A stretch of DNA of 64,000 nucleotides. Origin: an uncultured Aquimarina sp. (lineage in GTDB: Bacteria > Bacteroidota > Bacteroidia > Flavobacteriales > Flavobacteriaceae). Where the stretch lies: NCBI GenBank assembly GCA_947498455.1, contig CANMKK010000033.1, positions 2-64,001 on the forward strand, given 5' to 3'. The notes beneath the pieces are model-generated. The model was given only the letters and a program-made list of their open reading frames with translations, searched no databases and was not told the origin of the DNA. Each line of letters opens with the position of its first letter. Within the stretch, counting starts at the first letter, position 1. The translations under genes and the position numbers were made by a program. Shown here in pieces: positions 9,278 through 20,691 of the stretch.

Positions 9278-11482
9278 ATGACTGAAGCCGCTATAGAAGA
9301 AGAAAATAAACAAATTGCAAAGCAATATAAAGAATTGCTTCGTATTAGTTATCGTGATCTATCCAAAGAAGATAAAAAACTAATACGACAAGCATTTGAT
9401 ATTGCTGTTGATGCTCATAAAGATCAAAGACGTAAAAGTGGTGAAGCTTATATTTTTCACCCGATCGCAGTTGCCAAAATTGTAGCTAGTGAAATTGGTC
9501 TGGACGCTACCTCGATAGCTGCAGCCCTTCTCCACGATGTGGTAGAAGATACAGAATATACACTTGTCGACATTGAACAGATGTTTGGAGATACGGTAGC
9601 ACGTATTGTTGACGGCTTAACAAAGATATCTTCTCTAAAAAAAGATAAAGACATCTCTCTGCAAGCAGAAAACTTCAGAAAAATGCTGCTTACTCTTAAT
9701 GATGATGTTCGGGTTATTATTATTAAGATTGCCGATAGATTGCATAATATGCAAACAATGGACTCTATGCGTCCAGATAAGCAGGTAAAAATAGCTTCCG
9801 AGACACTCTACATTTATGCTCCTTTAGCACACAGGATAGGACTTTACAATATAAAAACAGAATTAGAAGACTTAGGTCTAAAATATACCGAGCCTGAAGT
9901 ATATAAAGATATTCTGGAAAAAATAAAAGATAGTAAAGAAGAACAGGATTCTTATATCGAGCAGTTTTCTAATAAAATAAAGGAAGGACTCGATAAAGAA
10001 GGGTTGGATTATGAAATCAAAGGAAGACCTAAATCCATTTTTTCCATTAGGCGAAAGATTATGAAACAAAACATATCTTTTGACGAAGTTTATGATAAGT
10101 TCGCCCTAAGAATTATTTACAAGTCCGATCTGGAAAATGAAAAATTCATAGCTTGGAAAATTTATACAATTGTTACTGATTATTATCGACCAAACCCTAT
10201 ACGACTGAGAGACTGGATTTCACAACCAAAATCTACGGGATACGAAGCTCTTCATATTACTGTAATAGGGCCAGATAGCAAATGGGTAGAAGTGCAAATT
10301 CGTAGTGAAAGAATGCATGAAATTGCTGAAAAAGGATATGCTGCTCATTATAAATATAAAAATGATAAAGAAAAGCAAGATGAAGGATTAGATGGCTGGT
10401 TAAATCGACTGCAAGAAGCATTGGAAAATTCTGAAACCAATGCTGTTGATTTTGTTGAAGAATTTAAGCTAAACCTTTATTCCAAAGAAATATTTGTTTT
10501 CACTCCAGAAGGAGATCTAAAATCTTTGCCTAAAGGAGCTACTGCACTTGATTTTGGGTTTAGTGTACATACTGAAGTTGGTCTCAGAACACGTGGCGCT
10601 AGAGTAAATGGGAAGTTAGTTCCATTAAGCCATGAACTTAAAAGCGGAGATCAAGTAGAAATAATCACTTCTTCTAAATCAAAACCTTCATCCAACTGGT
10701 TAGATTATGCTACTACTGCCCGATCCAGATCCAAGATAAAATCTGCATTACGAGATGAAAAGAAGCAAATTGCAGAAGAAGGAAAAATAGTATTAAAACG
10801 TAAACTACGTTCACAAAAAATTACAATGAGTGAAAAAGTAGTTAACGAGTTAGTTCTATATTTTAAACTAAAAACAAGTCAAGATCTATTTTATAGAGTT
10901 GGTATAGGAACCATTGACAATCAAAAAATAAAAGAGTTCGCTACTATGCGAAGCAATGTCTTTATGAATTTTATAAAAAATAGAATTCGTAGAGGTAATA
11001 CTAAGGATCTTAATAAGGATGAAATAACATCTAAATATGATCTGCTCGTTTTTGGTAAAGATTCAGAAAAGCTAGAATACAAGTTATCAAATTGTTGTAA
11101 TCCAATTGCCGGAGATAATGTATTTGGTTTTATCACAGTTAATGAAGGCATCAAAGTACATAAAAAAGATTGCCCAAATGCCTTACAGTTACAGAGTAAT
11201 TATGCATATCGTATTATTGCTGCTAAATGGATTGACTCTAGTCAGGAAGAATACAAAGCAGTAATTAGATTAAATGGTATTGATAATATTGGGGTAGTAA
11301 ATGATGTCACCCAAATTATATCTAATAATATGCATCTTGCCATATACAACATGAATTTTGACACTAATGATGGTGTATTTACTGGTAAAATCACAGTCGG
11401 TGTCAAAAACAAAAATACGCTCAAAACAGTTATCCAAAACTTATCAAAAATAAGTGGTATCGACAAGGTGGTTAGAGAATAA
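9278..11482 (+). CDS. bifunctional (p)ppGpp synthetase/hydrolase, RelA/SpoT family
   Basis: HD hydrolase motifs HPIAVAKIV and LLHDVVEDT, synthetase RPKSIFSIRRKI, TGS IFVFTPEGDLKSLPKGATALDFGF, and a C-terminal ACT-like region. Confidence 0.93.
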   Translation: MTEAAIEEENKQIAKQYKELLRISYRDLSKEDKKLIRQAFDIAVDAHKDQRRKSGEAYIFHPIAVAKIVASEIGLDATSIAAALLHDVVEDTEYTLVDIEQMFGDTVARIVDGLTKISSLKKDKDISLQAENFRKMLLTLNDDVRVIIIKIADRLHNMQTMDSMRPDKQVKIASETLYIYAPLAHRIGLYNIKTELEDLGLKYTEPEVYKDILEKIKDSKEEQDSYIEQFSNKIKEGLDKEGLDYEIKGRPKSIFSIRRKIMKQNISFDEVYDKFALRIIYKSDLENEKFIAWKIYTIVTDYYRPNPIRLRDWISQPKSTGYEALHITVIGPDSKWVEVQIRSERMHEIAEKGYAAHYKYKNDKEKQDEGLDGWLNRLQEALENSETNAVDFVEEFKLNLYSKEIFVFTPEGDLKSLPKGATALDFGFSVHTEVGLRTRGARVNGKLVPLSHELKSGDQVEIITSSKSKPSSNWLDYATTARSRSKIKSALRDEKKQIAEEGKIVLKRKLRSQKITMSEKVVNELVLYFKLKTSQDLFYRVGIGTIDNQKIKEFATMRSNVFMNFIKNRIRRGNTKDLNKDEITSKYDLLVFGKDSEKLEYKLSNCCNPIAGDNVFGFITVNEGIKVHKKDCPNALQLQSNYAYRIIAAKWIDSSQEEYKAVIRLNGIDNIGVVNDVTQIISNNMHLAIYNMNFDTNDGVFTGKITVGVKNKNTLKTVIQNLSKISGIDKVVRE

Positions 11483-11581
11483 TATAGTTGTCAAATATTC
11501 TTAATACTGATAATTTTAGATAATTTCAAAAACACTTAAATAAGTATTTCGAATTTGGAGTTCCACTAATAAAAAATAATG

Positions 11582-11589
11582 TAACTTTG
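11582..11589 (+). promoter_or_regulatory. -7 box TAACTTTG upstream of the fur-family gene
   Basis: Exact TAnnTTTG match 13 nt before the ATG at 11603. The nearest upstream TTTG (11554..11557) is somewhat far, at 24 nt. Confidence 0.4.
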
Positions 11590-11602
11590 CGTTTTTAAGC
11601 GT

Positions 11603-12070
11603 ATGAGTACCAAAACAACTACACAAAGCGATCAAAATATTGTCAAAAATGTGTTTACCAGCTTCTTAGAAGAAAATGGTCACAGAAAAACACCTGAGCG
11701 CTATGCTATCCTACAGGAAATTTATGAGAATGAAGATCATTTTGATATAGAGTCTCTCTATATCAAAATGAAAAACAAAAACTATCGTGTTAGTAGGGCA
11801 ACCCTATATAATACCATAGAATTATTAATGGATTGTAAGTTGGTAAGAAAACATCAGTTTGGTCAAAATCAAGCTCAATACGAAAAATCTTATTTCGACA
11901 GACAGCACGATCACCTTATTCTTACTGATAGCGGCGAAGTATTAGAATTTTGTGATCCAAGGATTCAATCCATAAAAAAAACAATTGAAGAAATTTTTGA
12001 TGTAGAGATTACGAATCATTCATTGTATTTCTACGGAACTAAAAAGAAACCAACAAATCAAGAAAACTAA
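11603..12070 (+). CDS. Fur-family transcriptional repressor
   Basis: Winged-helix [14 protein letters not shown] and Fur-like length and architecture. Its stop overlaps the purA start (TAATG). Confidence 0.8.
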   Translation: MSTKTTTQSDQNIVKNVFTSFLEENGHRKTPERYAILQEIYENEDHFDIESLYIKMKNKNYRVSRATLYNTIELLMDCKLVRKHQFGQNQAQYEKSYFDRQHDHLILTDSGEVLEFCDPRIQSIKKTIEEIFDVEITNHSLYFYGTKKKPTNQEN

Positions 12071-13341
12071 TGGCGGTAAACTTACTACTTGGTCTTCAGT
12101 GGGGAGACGAAGGTAAAGGAAAAATTGTAGACGTTCTTACAAAAGATTATGATATCATTGCTAGATTCCAGGGAGGCCCAAATGCGGGGCACACCTTAGA
12201 ATTTGATGGAATTAAGCATGTACTACATACGATCCCTAGTGGGATTTTTCATGACAAGGCTATTAATCTTGTCGGAAATGGGGTTGTAATTGACCCTGTT
12301 ATATTTAAAAGAGAATTAGATAATCTAAATAAGTTTAACTTAGATTATAAATCTAAGTTAGTAATATCTAGAAAAGCTCACTTAATACTTCCAACACACA
12401 GAATTCTCGATGCAGCATCAGAAGCCTCTAAAGGAAAAGCTAAAATAGGTTCTACTTTAAAAGGTATCGGGCCTACTTATATGGATAAAACCGGTAGAAA
12501 TGGTATTCGAGTTGGAGATCTAGAACTTAGTGATTGGAAAGAACGATATCGCTCTCTTGCTGATAAGCACGAAAAAATGATTGACTTCTATGATGCTAAA
12601 ATTGAATATGATCTTGATGAACTAGAGAATGAGTTTTTCGAAGCTGTAAAAACACTAAAGACCTTAACCTTTATTGATAGTGAAGAATATTTATATCAGG
12701 CACAAAAAGAAGGTAAAAAAATATTAGCAGAAGGTGCTCAAGGATCATTATTGGATATTGATTTTGGAACGTATCCATTCGTAACCTCTTCTAACACTAC
12801 CGCAGCTGGAGCTTGTACGGGATTAGGAGTTGCGCCAAATAAGATCAAAGATGTTTTCGGTATTTTTAAGGCATATACAACCAGAGTAGGAAGTGGTCCT
12901 TTTCCAACCGAATTATTCGATAAAGATGGTGAGACAATGGCTAGTGTAGGTCATGAGTTTGGAGCTACTACCGGTAGACCAAGAAGATGCGGATGGCTAG
13001 ATCTTGTAGCTTTAAAGTATGCAGTCCACGTAAATGGAGTGACACAGTTAATGATGATGAAAGGGGATGTTCTAAGTGGGTTTGAAACCTTGAAAATATG
13101 TACAGCATATAAATATAAAGGAAAAACGATAACTCATCTTCCTTATAATATAGAACCCGAAAATGTAGAACCTATCTACACAGAGATTAAAGGATGGTCA
13201 GAAGATCTTACTAAGATGAATGACAAGTATCAATTTCCTAAAGAATTAAACAATTATATAGAATTCTTAGAAAAAGAACTAGAAACTCCTATAACAATAG
13301 TTTCTGTAGGACCAGATAGGACACAAACCATACATAGATAA
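12070..13341 (+). CDS. purA: adenylosuccinate synthase
   Basis: Motifs GLQWGDEGKGKIVD (P-loop), GGPNAGHT and GATTGRPRRCGWLD. Confidence 0.96.
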   Translation: MAVNLLLGLQWGDEGKGKIVDVLTKDYDIIARFQGGPNAGHTLEFDGIKHVLHTIPSGIFHDKAINLVGNGVVIDPVIFKRELDNLNKFNLDYKSKLVISRKAHLILPTHRILDAASEASKGKAKIGSTLKGIGPTYMDKTGRNGIRVGDLELSDWKERYRSLADKHEKMIDFYDAKIEYDLDELENEFFEAVKTLKTLTFIDSEEYLYQAQKEGKKILAEGAQGSLLDIDFGTYPFVTSSNTTAAGACTGLGVAPNKIKDVFGIFKAYTTRVGSGPFPTELFDKDGETMASVGHEFGATTGRPRRCGWLDLVALKYAVHVNGVTQLMMMKGDVLSGFETLKICTAYKYKGKTITHLPYNIEPENVEPIYTEIKGWSEDLTKMNDKYQFPKELNNYIEFLEKELETPITIVSVGPDRTQTIHR

Positions 13342-13394
13342 TTTATGGTTTTATGTAATAGATGTTGTATCATTTATAAAACTAACATAAGTAA

Positions 13395-13430
13395 GAGGGT
13401 ATCTAAAAAACCAGATACCCTCCTTTTATT
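13395..13430. terminator. Bidirectional hairpin terminator between convergent purA and the PD40 gene
   Basis: 10-bp stem GAGGGTATCT / AGATACCCTC with an A-rich loop, followed by CTTTTATT. Confidence 0.7.
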
Positions 13431-13450
13431 TACACTCATTAACTATAGAT

Positions 13451-14827
13451 TCACCAAGATGTAATAGCCTGAATCTTAATAGTATCTTGTGCAAGTACAT
13501 GTTTTTCTAATTGTTTAAAGATTCTATACACCGGATATTGTTTAGGAAAAGGTATAGTTTGTCTAAAACCATATATATCATCTCCCCCTACTCCACCTAT
13601 TCGATTACTTGCAAAATATCCAATTTTAGCTTTCTCCTTTATTATAAAAGTAAAATCATCTTTATTACTATTAATAGGCTTCCCTAAATTTTCAATAATT
13701 ATATTTCCGTGACGATTAGTTCTGGCAACAAAAACATCTAAACCGCCTAATCCAGGATGCTTATTACTAGCAAAAAATAATCTTCCCTCATCACCAATAT
13801 ATGGAAACGTTTCTTTGCCAGATGTATTAATTGGTTTACCTAAATTTTTTGGAGTCTTAAAACAGCCATACTCATCTATTTCTACCACATATAAATCTAA
13901 TCCTCCATAACCTCCAGGCATATCACTAGCAAAGTATAAAAACCGCCCATCAGAAGATATAGATGGGTGTGACACTGAATATTCTTCACTATTAAATGGC
14001 AATTCTTCAACATTCCCCCATTTTTTTCCATCAAAATGTGCTCTAAAAATTTTTAACAACACATACCCTTTTTTATTAAATTTCACCTTTTTATGCAAAA
14101 AGTTACTTCGTGTAAAATACACTGTTTTTTTATCCTTAGTAAAACTTGCTGATGATTCGTGAAATTTTGTATTAATAGTTCCTTTAAGCCTTGATGTATT
14201 TCGCTTAGTCAAACCTTTAACTTCATTTGCATTAGATATAGCATATAAATCCAAAAAAGGTTCGTCATTCCACTCATGAATAAATGAAGTAGCCCTACCG
14301 AAGTTCCTCGACGAAGTAAATACCAACTGATCTTCATAAAAACTAGGAGCATAATCTGAATATCTCGAATTTATGGAAAGTGTATCCAAAATAAACCTTC
14401 CTGATAAGTTTTCAATCCTATTAAGATACTCCGCAGCATCATGTAATCCAGAAACATCCGTTTCATCTGAAACATTCCGGGTTTTAACCATATTTGCCTC
14501 TTTATACTGACTAATTGCTATTAAACTATTTGCATATCGATCAATATGTTCCGTATTAATAGTTCCTGAGTACGAAATTATTAATTTCTTATACCAGAAT
14601 ACAGCCTTTTCTAGATTAGAATTAAAATAATAAGAGTCTGCTATTTTTTCATATAACTCTTTGGATGTAAATCCTTTTTTATACGCTTCCTTATATAATT
14701 TAATAGCTTTTGCATATGCTAAATTATCAAAAGCCTCATTTCCTTTTTTAAATTGTCGTTGCTGCGAAAGAACGATATTTCCAAAAAAAAGAAACATCCC
14801 TATTACTACATATTCTTTTAAGATCAT
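13451..14827 (-). CDS. TPR plus PD40 (TolB-like beta-propeller) repeat protein
   Basis: N-terminal signal/TM segment and TPR-like helices. Repeated motifs RFLYFASDMPGGYGGLDLYV, RLFFASNKHPGLGGLDVFV and GYFASNRIGGVGGDDIYGF. No OmpA-like C-terminal domain is visible. Confidence 0.65.
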   Translation of the reverse strand: MILKEYVVIGMFLFFGNIVLSQQRQFKKGNEAFDNLAYAKAIKLYKEAYKKGFTSKELYEKIADSYYFNSNLEKAVFWYKKLIISYSGTINTEHIDRYANSLIAISQYKEANMVKTRNVSDETDVSGLHDAAEYLNRIENLSGRFILDTLSINSRYSDYAPSFYEDQLVFTSSRNFGRATSFIHEWNDEPFLDLYAISNANEVKGLTKRNTSRLKGTINTKFHESSASFTKDKKTVYFTRSNFLHKKVKFNKKGYVLLKIFRAHFDGKKWGNVEELPFNSEEYSVSHPSISSDGRFLYFASDMPGGYGGLDLYVVEIDEYGCFKTPKNLGKPINTSGKETFPYIGDEGRLFFASNKHPGLGGLDVFVARTNRHGNIIIENLGKPINSNKDDFTFIIKEKAKIGYFASNRIGGVGGDDIYGFRQTIPFPKQYPVYRIFKQLEKHVLAQDTIKIQAITSW

Positions 14828-15324
14828 TTGCGTGTGTATTTATTGTTTTTATGATCCTTTTCTTAAAAAAAGATTCTCAATGTATGCATCTATTTAAGCA
14901 AACATTATCGTAATTTAATACTACTATATTTAAGAAAAAAGCCATCCCCATGACTCGAATCATCCCCTTTTATAATCTAATCTACTAAATTGAAATATTA
15001 AACAAACTTTACAGCTTATTCATAATTAAGGCTATTTGGAGTAAAAATAAAACCTTTTGATATACTGAAAAACAATAAACTTTATAAACATAAAGCGTAA
15101 ATACAATATAACTATTTCTTTTTTAGAATGCTAACAAAATATTTCGATTTTTAGTTAAAATCTCAAAACTACCAAAAAGTGATGACAACTCTCCTTTTTA
15201 TAACCCAAATAAGAATTGAGGATTAAAGTCATTGCAACAAAATAAAAAAACCTTCGTATTTTACATATATATTAGATTTATTTTAAGCCTATCTCTATAA
15301 TCATTACATACAATTTTCGTTATT

Positions 15325-17214
15325 TTGCATACAAAATTAATACCCTTGAAGAATAAGCTCTTTTATATAGTATTTACTTTACTATTTTGTCTAATTTCCT
15401 ATGCTCAAGAAGGAAAAAAGATAAAAATACAATCAGATAGAACCATAAAAAATGAAGGGCAGTTTCCTGGAGCTACTATTCTTGCCAAAGTAAATAAGCA
15501 AGTATATATGGAGCATGAGGGTATTGAAATTTGGTGTGATCAGGCTGTACACTATGGAGAGGATAAATTCGTAAAAGCCCTAGGTAATGTGAAAATGCAA
15601 CAAGGAGATACACTAACGATGACTAGTGCCTATGCAGAATATAATGGCAATACACAATTTGCCTATGCTAGAGAAAAGGTGCACATGATAACTCCATCCA
15701 ATACATTAAGTACCGATACCCTATTCTTTGATCGTTTAAGGCAACAAGCGTACTATAGAAGTGGTGGTACCGTAAAAGATTCGTCCAATACATTAACCAG
15801 TAAAATTGGTCGGTATTTTATGGATCGTAAGCAATATTCTTTTAATACAGCAGTAAAAATTGTCAATCCAGAAAACACTGTAGATTCAGATCGATTAGAT
15901 TACTATACAGAAAATGGACACGCGTATCTTTACGGACCATCTACAGTAAAAGGAAAAGAAAGCACATTATACTGCGAACGTGGTTTCTATGACACCAAAG
16001 TAAAGACAGGATATGCCATAAAGAATGCTCGAATTGATTATGATAATCGTACCGTTTATGGCGATAGTATATTCTATAATAGCGCTATTCAATTTGCCTC
16101 TGCAACAAATAATATTAAAGTTTTAGATACGGCAAATAATTCTGTAATTACAGGACATTATGCTGAAGTTTTTAAAGAAAAAGATTCTGTTTTTATAACT
16201 AAACGAGCCTTAGCAGCTACCTTACAGGAAAAAGATTCCATATATATACATAGTGATACATTAATGGTCACAGGTAAACCAGATCGTAGGATTATGAACG
16301 GATTTTACGATGTCCGGATTTTTAAGAGCAATATGAGTGGTAAAAGTGATTCCATTAATGTAGATCAAACAACTGGTTACACAAAAATGATTGGTAAGCC
16401 TATTATTTGGTCGCAGAGAAATCAAATGACCGGAGATACTATTAAAATTATATCTAATACCGAAACAGAAAAATTAGATTCATTAGTCGTATATCAAAAT
16501 GCCTTTTTAGCACAAGAAGACACCCTAAAAGCAGGGTATAACCAAGTCAAAGGTCAGACACTGTATGGTTTGTTTAAAGACAATGAAATTCACAAAATAG
16601 ATATTGATAAAAATACGGAGACAATATTTTACCAACGAGAAAGTGAAGGGGAACTAAAACTTATTGGGATCAACAAAGTACTCTCTAGTTCTATTACACT
16701 TTTGCTGGAACAACGTGAAATAACGGATGTTTTTTATTATCAAAATGTAACCGGAACCTTGTATCGAGAAATTGATCTCCCCGAAAATGCTCGAGAACTA
16801 TCCGGTTTTAACTGGCGTGGAGACGAAGAAATTACCAGTAAAAAAGATCTTTTTAGAGGAGAATCGCCTCCAAAGTTGACTAAAATAAAAGGAATACCAC
16901 TTCCTAAAGAGGATAATGATTTCTTTGATGAAGAAACCATAAAACGTCTAGAAGAAAACAATACAGAAGGATCCCGGCTTTTAGAACAAAAGTTAGAAGA
17001 TGCAGAATTAAAAGAAACGAATAGCAAACTGGATTCAACCTCTACGACTGACCCAAAAGCTTTAAATAAAGTTGTTCCTAAAGGAAGAGGAAAATCTTCT
17101 AAAAAGAAAAAAAAAGCATTTATTGATCACAACTTAAAACGTACTCCCAAAGAAAGGGACAGTATAACCACCACAACGCTTTATCACGATAAAACTAAGG
17201 ATAGTTTAAATTAA
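15325..17214 (+). CDS. OstA/LptD-N-like domain protein with a Lys/Glu-rich tail
   Basis: Signal peptide ...FTLLFCLISYAQ and repetitive beta-strand-rich body typical of flavobacterial OstA-like proteins. No ATG is near the 5' end. Candidate starts are TTG 15325 and the in-frame TTG 15346 (MKNKLFYIV...). Confidence 0.55.
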   Translation: MHTKLIPLKNKLFYIVFTLLFCLISYAQEGKKIKIQSDRTIKNEGQFPGATILAKVNKQVYMEHEGIEIWCDQAVHYGEDKFVKALGNVKMQQGDTLTMTSAYAEYNGNTQFAYAREKVHMITPSNTLSTDTLFFDRLRQQAYYRSGGTVKDSSNTLTSKIGRYFMDRKQYSFNTAVKIVNPENTVDSDRLDYYTENGHAYLYGPSTVKGKESTLYCERGFYDTKVKTGYAIKNARIDYDNRTVYGDSIFYNSAIQFASATNNIKVLDTANNSVITGHYAEVFKEKDSVFITKRALAATLQEKDSIYIHSDTLMVTGKPDRRIMNGFYDVRIFKSNMSGKSDSINVDQTTGYTKMIGKPIIWSQRNQMTGDTIKIISNTETEKLDSLVVYQNAFLAQEDTLKAGYNQVKGQTLYGLFKDNEIHKIDIDKNTETIFYQRESEGELKLIGINKVLSSSITLLLEQREITDVFYYQNVTGTLYREIDLPENARELSGFNWRGDEEITSKKDLFRGESPPKLTKIKGIPLPKEDNDFFDEETIKRLEENNTEGSRLLEQKLEDAELKETNSKLDSTSTTDPKALNKVVPKGRGKSSKKKKKAFIDHNLKRTPKERDSITTTTLYHDKTKDSLN

Positions 17215-17238
17215 AAAATAACTTAATTTCCTCCCAAA

Positions 17239-18435
17239 GTGAAAAAAGATTTCTTTGCATATCAAGCACAAACCACACCACACCCGCTGGCTATGGAGGT
17301 TTCTCATGCAGACGGAAGTTATATATTTTCTACTGATGGGAAAAAACATCTTGATTTTGTTGCTGGTGTATCCGCTTGTAGTTTAGGTCATAAACATCCT
17401 AGAGTACTAAAAGCTATCAAAGAGCAATTAGATAAATATCTACATGTCATGGTATATGGCGAATATATACAAAAACCCGCTGTAGAATTATCAAAACTAC
17501 TTGCTTCTCTCTTACCTGCTCCATTAGAAAAAACATATCTAACTAATTCTGGTACTGAAGCTATAGAAGGTGCTCTTAAATTAGCCAGAAGAGTTACGGG
17601 AAGAAGTCAGATTATCGCTGCTAAGAATGCATACCACGGTAACACTATGGGATCTATGAGTGTTATGGGGTATGAAGATCGAAAAAGAGCATTTAGACCT
17701 CTTATCCCAGATATTTCATTTATCTCGTTTAATAAAGAAGAAGACTTACAGCATATTACCGAAAAAACTGCCGGTGTTATTTTGGAAACCATACAAGGAG
17801 GTGCTGGTTTTATTATTCCAAAAGATGCATATCTAAAAAAAGTCCGTGAGCGTTGCAACCAAGTTGGTGCTTTACTTATTTTGGATGAAATACAACCTGG
17901 GTTTGGTAGAACAGGAAAACTATTTGGTTTTCAAAACTATACTATAGTCCCCGATATTTTGGTTATGGGAAAAGGAATGGGTGGAGGACTCCCAATTGGT
18001 GCATTTACAGCATCCTCATCAATGATGGATCAATTACAAGACAATCCAAAACTTGGCCATATTACTACATTTGGTGGTAATTCAGTCATTGCAGCTGCCG
18101 CTTTGGCAACATTACAAGAAATCAGCGAAAGTGACGTAATGGCAGAAGCCTTAAAAAAAGAAAAAATAATTAGAACAATACTCATTCACCCGCTTATAAA
18201 AGAAATTAGAGGTATTGGATTAATGTTGGCGCTTATCACTCCTTCTTCCGAAATAGCTAATGAAGTTATTTTACGTTGTCAAGATAGAGGTTTGATCCTT
18301 TTCTGGTTGCTTTTTGAACCTAAAGCAGTACGCATTACACCACCTCTCACAATATCTGAAGAAGAAATTAAAGAAGGGTGTAAAATCATAATTAGCGTTC
18401 TCAATGAAGTACATAACAGTAAAAAATATGTTTAA
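17239..18435 (+). CDS. class-III (acetylornithine/ornithine-type) PLP aminotransferase
   Basis: GTG start. Motifs NSGTEAIEGALKLAR and LILDEIQPGFGRTGKLF, and the PLP lysine in VMGKGMGGGLP. Confidence 0.88.
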   Translation: MKKDFFAYQAQTTPHPLAMEVSHADGSYIFSTDGKKHLDFVAGVSACSLGHKHPRVLKAIKEQLDKYLHVMVYGEYIQKPAVELSKLLASLLPAPLEKTYLTNSGTEAIEGALKLARRVTGRSQIIAAKNAYHGNTMGSMSVMGYEDRKRAFRPLIPDISFISFNKEEDLQHITEKTAGVILETIQGGAGFIIPKDAYLKKVRERCNQVGALLILDEIQPGFGRTGKLFGFQNYTIVPDILVMGKGMGGGLPIGAFTASSSMMDQLQDNPKLGHITTFGGNSVIAAAALATLQEISESDVMAEALKKEKIIRTILIHPLIKEIRGIGLMLALITPSSEIANEVILRCQDRGLILFWLLFEPKAVRITPPLTISEEEIKEGCKIIISVLNEVHNSKKYV

Positions 18436-18847
18436 AAAACTGTTAAGTCTAATATAAAATTCTTATATTTAAGAATACATCCAATCATTTCATACACTCC
18501 ATATTATTTTTTGGGCTCTATTTTAGTAAAACATTACACTGATTAACGACTAATGGTATACATTTTGTTAATTAGTTTGTTAAAAACAATTGGTTTCTGA
18601 AGTTTTATCACTCAATTTCATTTGTAATTTTAGTACTAAGGAAATCAATAATGCTACATATACCAAGTAAGAATGTATAAGATACTTTTTTTAGAATATT
18701 GGGGAAATTTAAAAAATCTTACACAGTACTTAGCTAATTTATTGAGCATCTTTAATCAACGTGCATGAAATGAGTTATTTTCCACTACTATTTTTACAAT
18801 ATTTAGTGTTTAATGACGAATTACATCTGTAAAACAACAAAGACCGG

Positions 18848-20245
18848 ATGAAATTTAATCACGAAGAATTCGAAGAAAATAACTTCTCAATTACTCGTTA
18901 TGAGTCAATGTTGAGATCAAACGATGTTAAATTTTTTGATTCAGATGAATTTGAATCAATTATACATCATTATCTTGAAAATGGAAAAATTGCTAAAGCT
19001 AAAAAAGCAATCACTTTAGGATTATCGCAACATCCTTCTTCAGTAAATTTAAAATTACTGGAAGTAGAAGTATTGGTATTTGAAGATCGCTTAGAAAAAG
19101 CAGATAACCTTTTAGTACAATTACATGCGATAGAACCTGAAAATGAAGAAATATATATCCAGAAAGCGAATATTCTTTCTAAACAAAATGATCATGTAAA
19201 AGCGATTGAATTACTTAGTATAGCACTTAGTTATACTAATGATGAGGCTGATGTCTATTCTCTGATAGGAATGGAGTATCTTTTTATGGATGACTTCGAA
19301 AATGCGAAAGTAAACTTTATGAGATGTTTAGAAGTAGATGAACAAGATTACTCTGCTTTATATAATATAATTTATTGTTTTGATTTTTTAGAACAACACG
19401 AAGAAGCTATTTCTTATCTCAACATGTTCTTAGATAAAAACCCTTATTGTGAAGTCGCATGGCATCAGGTAGGAAAACAATATTTTGATCTCAAAGAATA
19501 TGAAAAAGCATTAGCAGCCTTTGATTTTGCTATCATAAGTGATGAATATTTTATAGGCGCTTACCTCGAAAAAGGTAAAGTTCTAGAAAAATTAAAACGC
19601 TATAATGAAGCTATTGAAAATTATCGTATCACATTAGAATTAGATGACCCTACCTCTTTCGCTTTACTCAGGATAGGCAAATGTTTTGAGAAACTGGGCA
19701 GTGATGACATGGCTATACAGCACTATTCTAAGACAGTACACGAAGATCCACTATTAGATAAAGGATGGATTGCTATTACGGATTTCTATTTACGGAAACG
19801 GAATTATCAAAAAGCATTATATTATACGAACAAGGCAATAAGTATTGATGCAGAAAATGTTATGTATTGGAAGCGTTATGCTAAAATCAATAATAGATTG
19901 GCCTTTTTTGAAGAAGCAGAACGCGGTTATAGAAAAGCACTGGAATTAGGAAATTACGAACTGGAAACATGGTTAAACCGTTCCGATATACTAAAATATA
20001 TTGGAGAATCTGATGCCGCAATACAAAATATGCATCAAGCTATAGAATTTTATCCAGATAATGCTGAGATAGAATATAGGTTAGCTGGTTTGCATTACGA
20101 AAAACACGAATATAAACAAGGAGAAATTCACCTTAGAAAAGCATTAGAGTTAGATATTGAATTTCTAATTATTTTAGAAGAATTATTTGACAAAGTATAT
20201 AAACTTACTTTAGTTCAGAATATCATTCGTGAATATAAGGCATAA
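18848..20245 (+). CDS. tetratricopeptide-repeat protein
   Basis: 465 aa of repeated 34-residue A/Y/L-patterned helices, for example YEKALAAFDFAI and YQKALYYTNKAI. Confidence 0.8.
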   Translation: MKFNHEEFEENNFSITRYESMLRSNDVKFFDSDEFESIIHHYLENGKIAKAKKAITLGLSQHPSSVNLKLLEVEVLVFEDRLEKADNLLVQLHAIEPENEEIYIQKANILSKQNDHVKAIELLSIALSYTNDEADVYSLIGMEYLFMDDFENAKVNFMRCLEVDEQDYSALYNIIYCFDFLEQHEEAISYLNMFLDKNPYCEVAWHQVGKQYFDLKEYEKALAAFDFAIISDEYFIGAYLEKGKVLEKLKRYNEAIENYRITLELDDPTSFALLRIGKCFEKLGSDDMAIQHYSKTVHEDPLLDKGWIAITDFYLRKRNYQKALYYTNKAISIDAENVMYWKRYAKINNRLAFFEEAERGYRKALELGNYELETWLNRSDILKYIGESDAAIQNMHQAIEFYPDNAEIEYRLAGLHYEKHEYKQGEIHLRKALELDIEFLIILEELFDKVYKLTLVQNIIREYKA

Positions 20246-20320
20246 AAACCTGATTATTTTCAATATTAAGATAACATCATAGAAGTAATATTAGAAAACT
20301 TGTTTCTAATACCATAATTT

Positions 20321-20349
20321 AAAAAAGCTACTTAACCAGTAGCTTTTTT
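20321..20349 (+). terminator. Rho-independent terminator after the TPR gene
   Basis: AAAAAAGCTACT, loop TAACC, AGTAGCTTTTTT. Confidence 0.75.
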
Positions 20350-20691
20350 AGTTTACTTATAAATTGTTATTTCCACAACAATGAATATGAAAAAATTACT
20401 TTTTTTGGATATAATGAACCTTTGTTAAAAAGTTAAAAAACACCTAGATATTTATTCAAATCTTTATATTATAACTACTATATTCTAAAAAAAGAAACTA
20501 AAACTACTAAAAAACTAACATTTATACACTCCCATATCAAACTAAGCTGGTATGTATTTATGAAAAGAATAAAAATCTAAACACATAAATTTTAAGAAAG
20601 CGTATAATCTCTTCAAATCATCGTTTTTACAGTATATTTTAATTCAAAAAATACATACATTTGTTTACATAATAATACTAAATCAAAAAGA

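Noticed and set aside
14661-14897. 78-aa plus-strand ORF across the start of the PD40 gene; similar edge ORFs at 34836..35018, 39450..39644, 42282..42497, 48800..49036, 53952..54185 and 56927..57133
   Set aside because: They overlap the ends or interiors of better-supported genes, have no motifs, and have Phe/Leu/Ile/Tyr-rich compositions expected from AT-rich non-coding frames.
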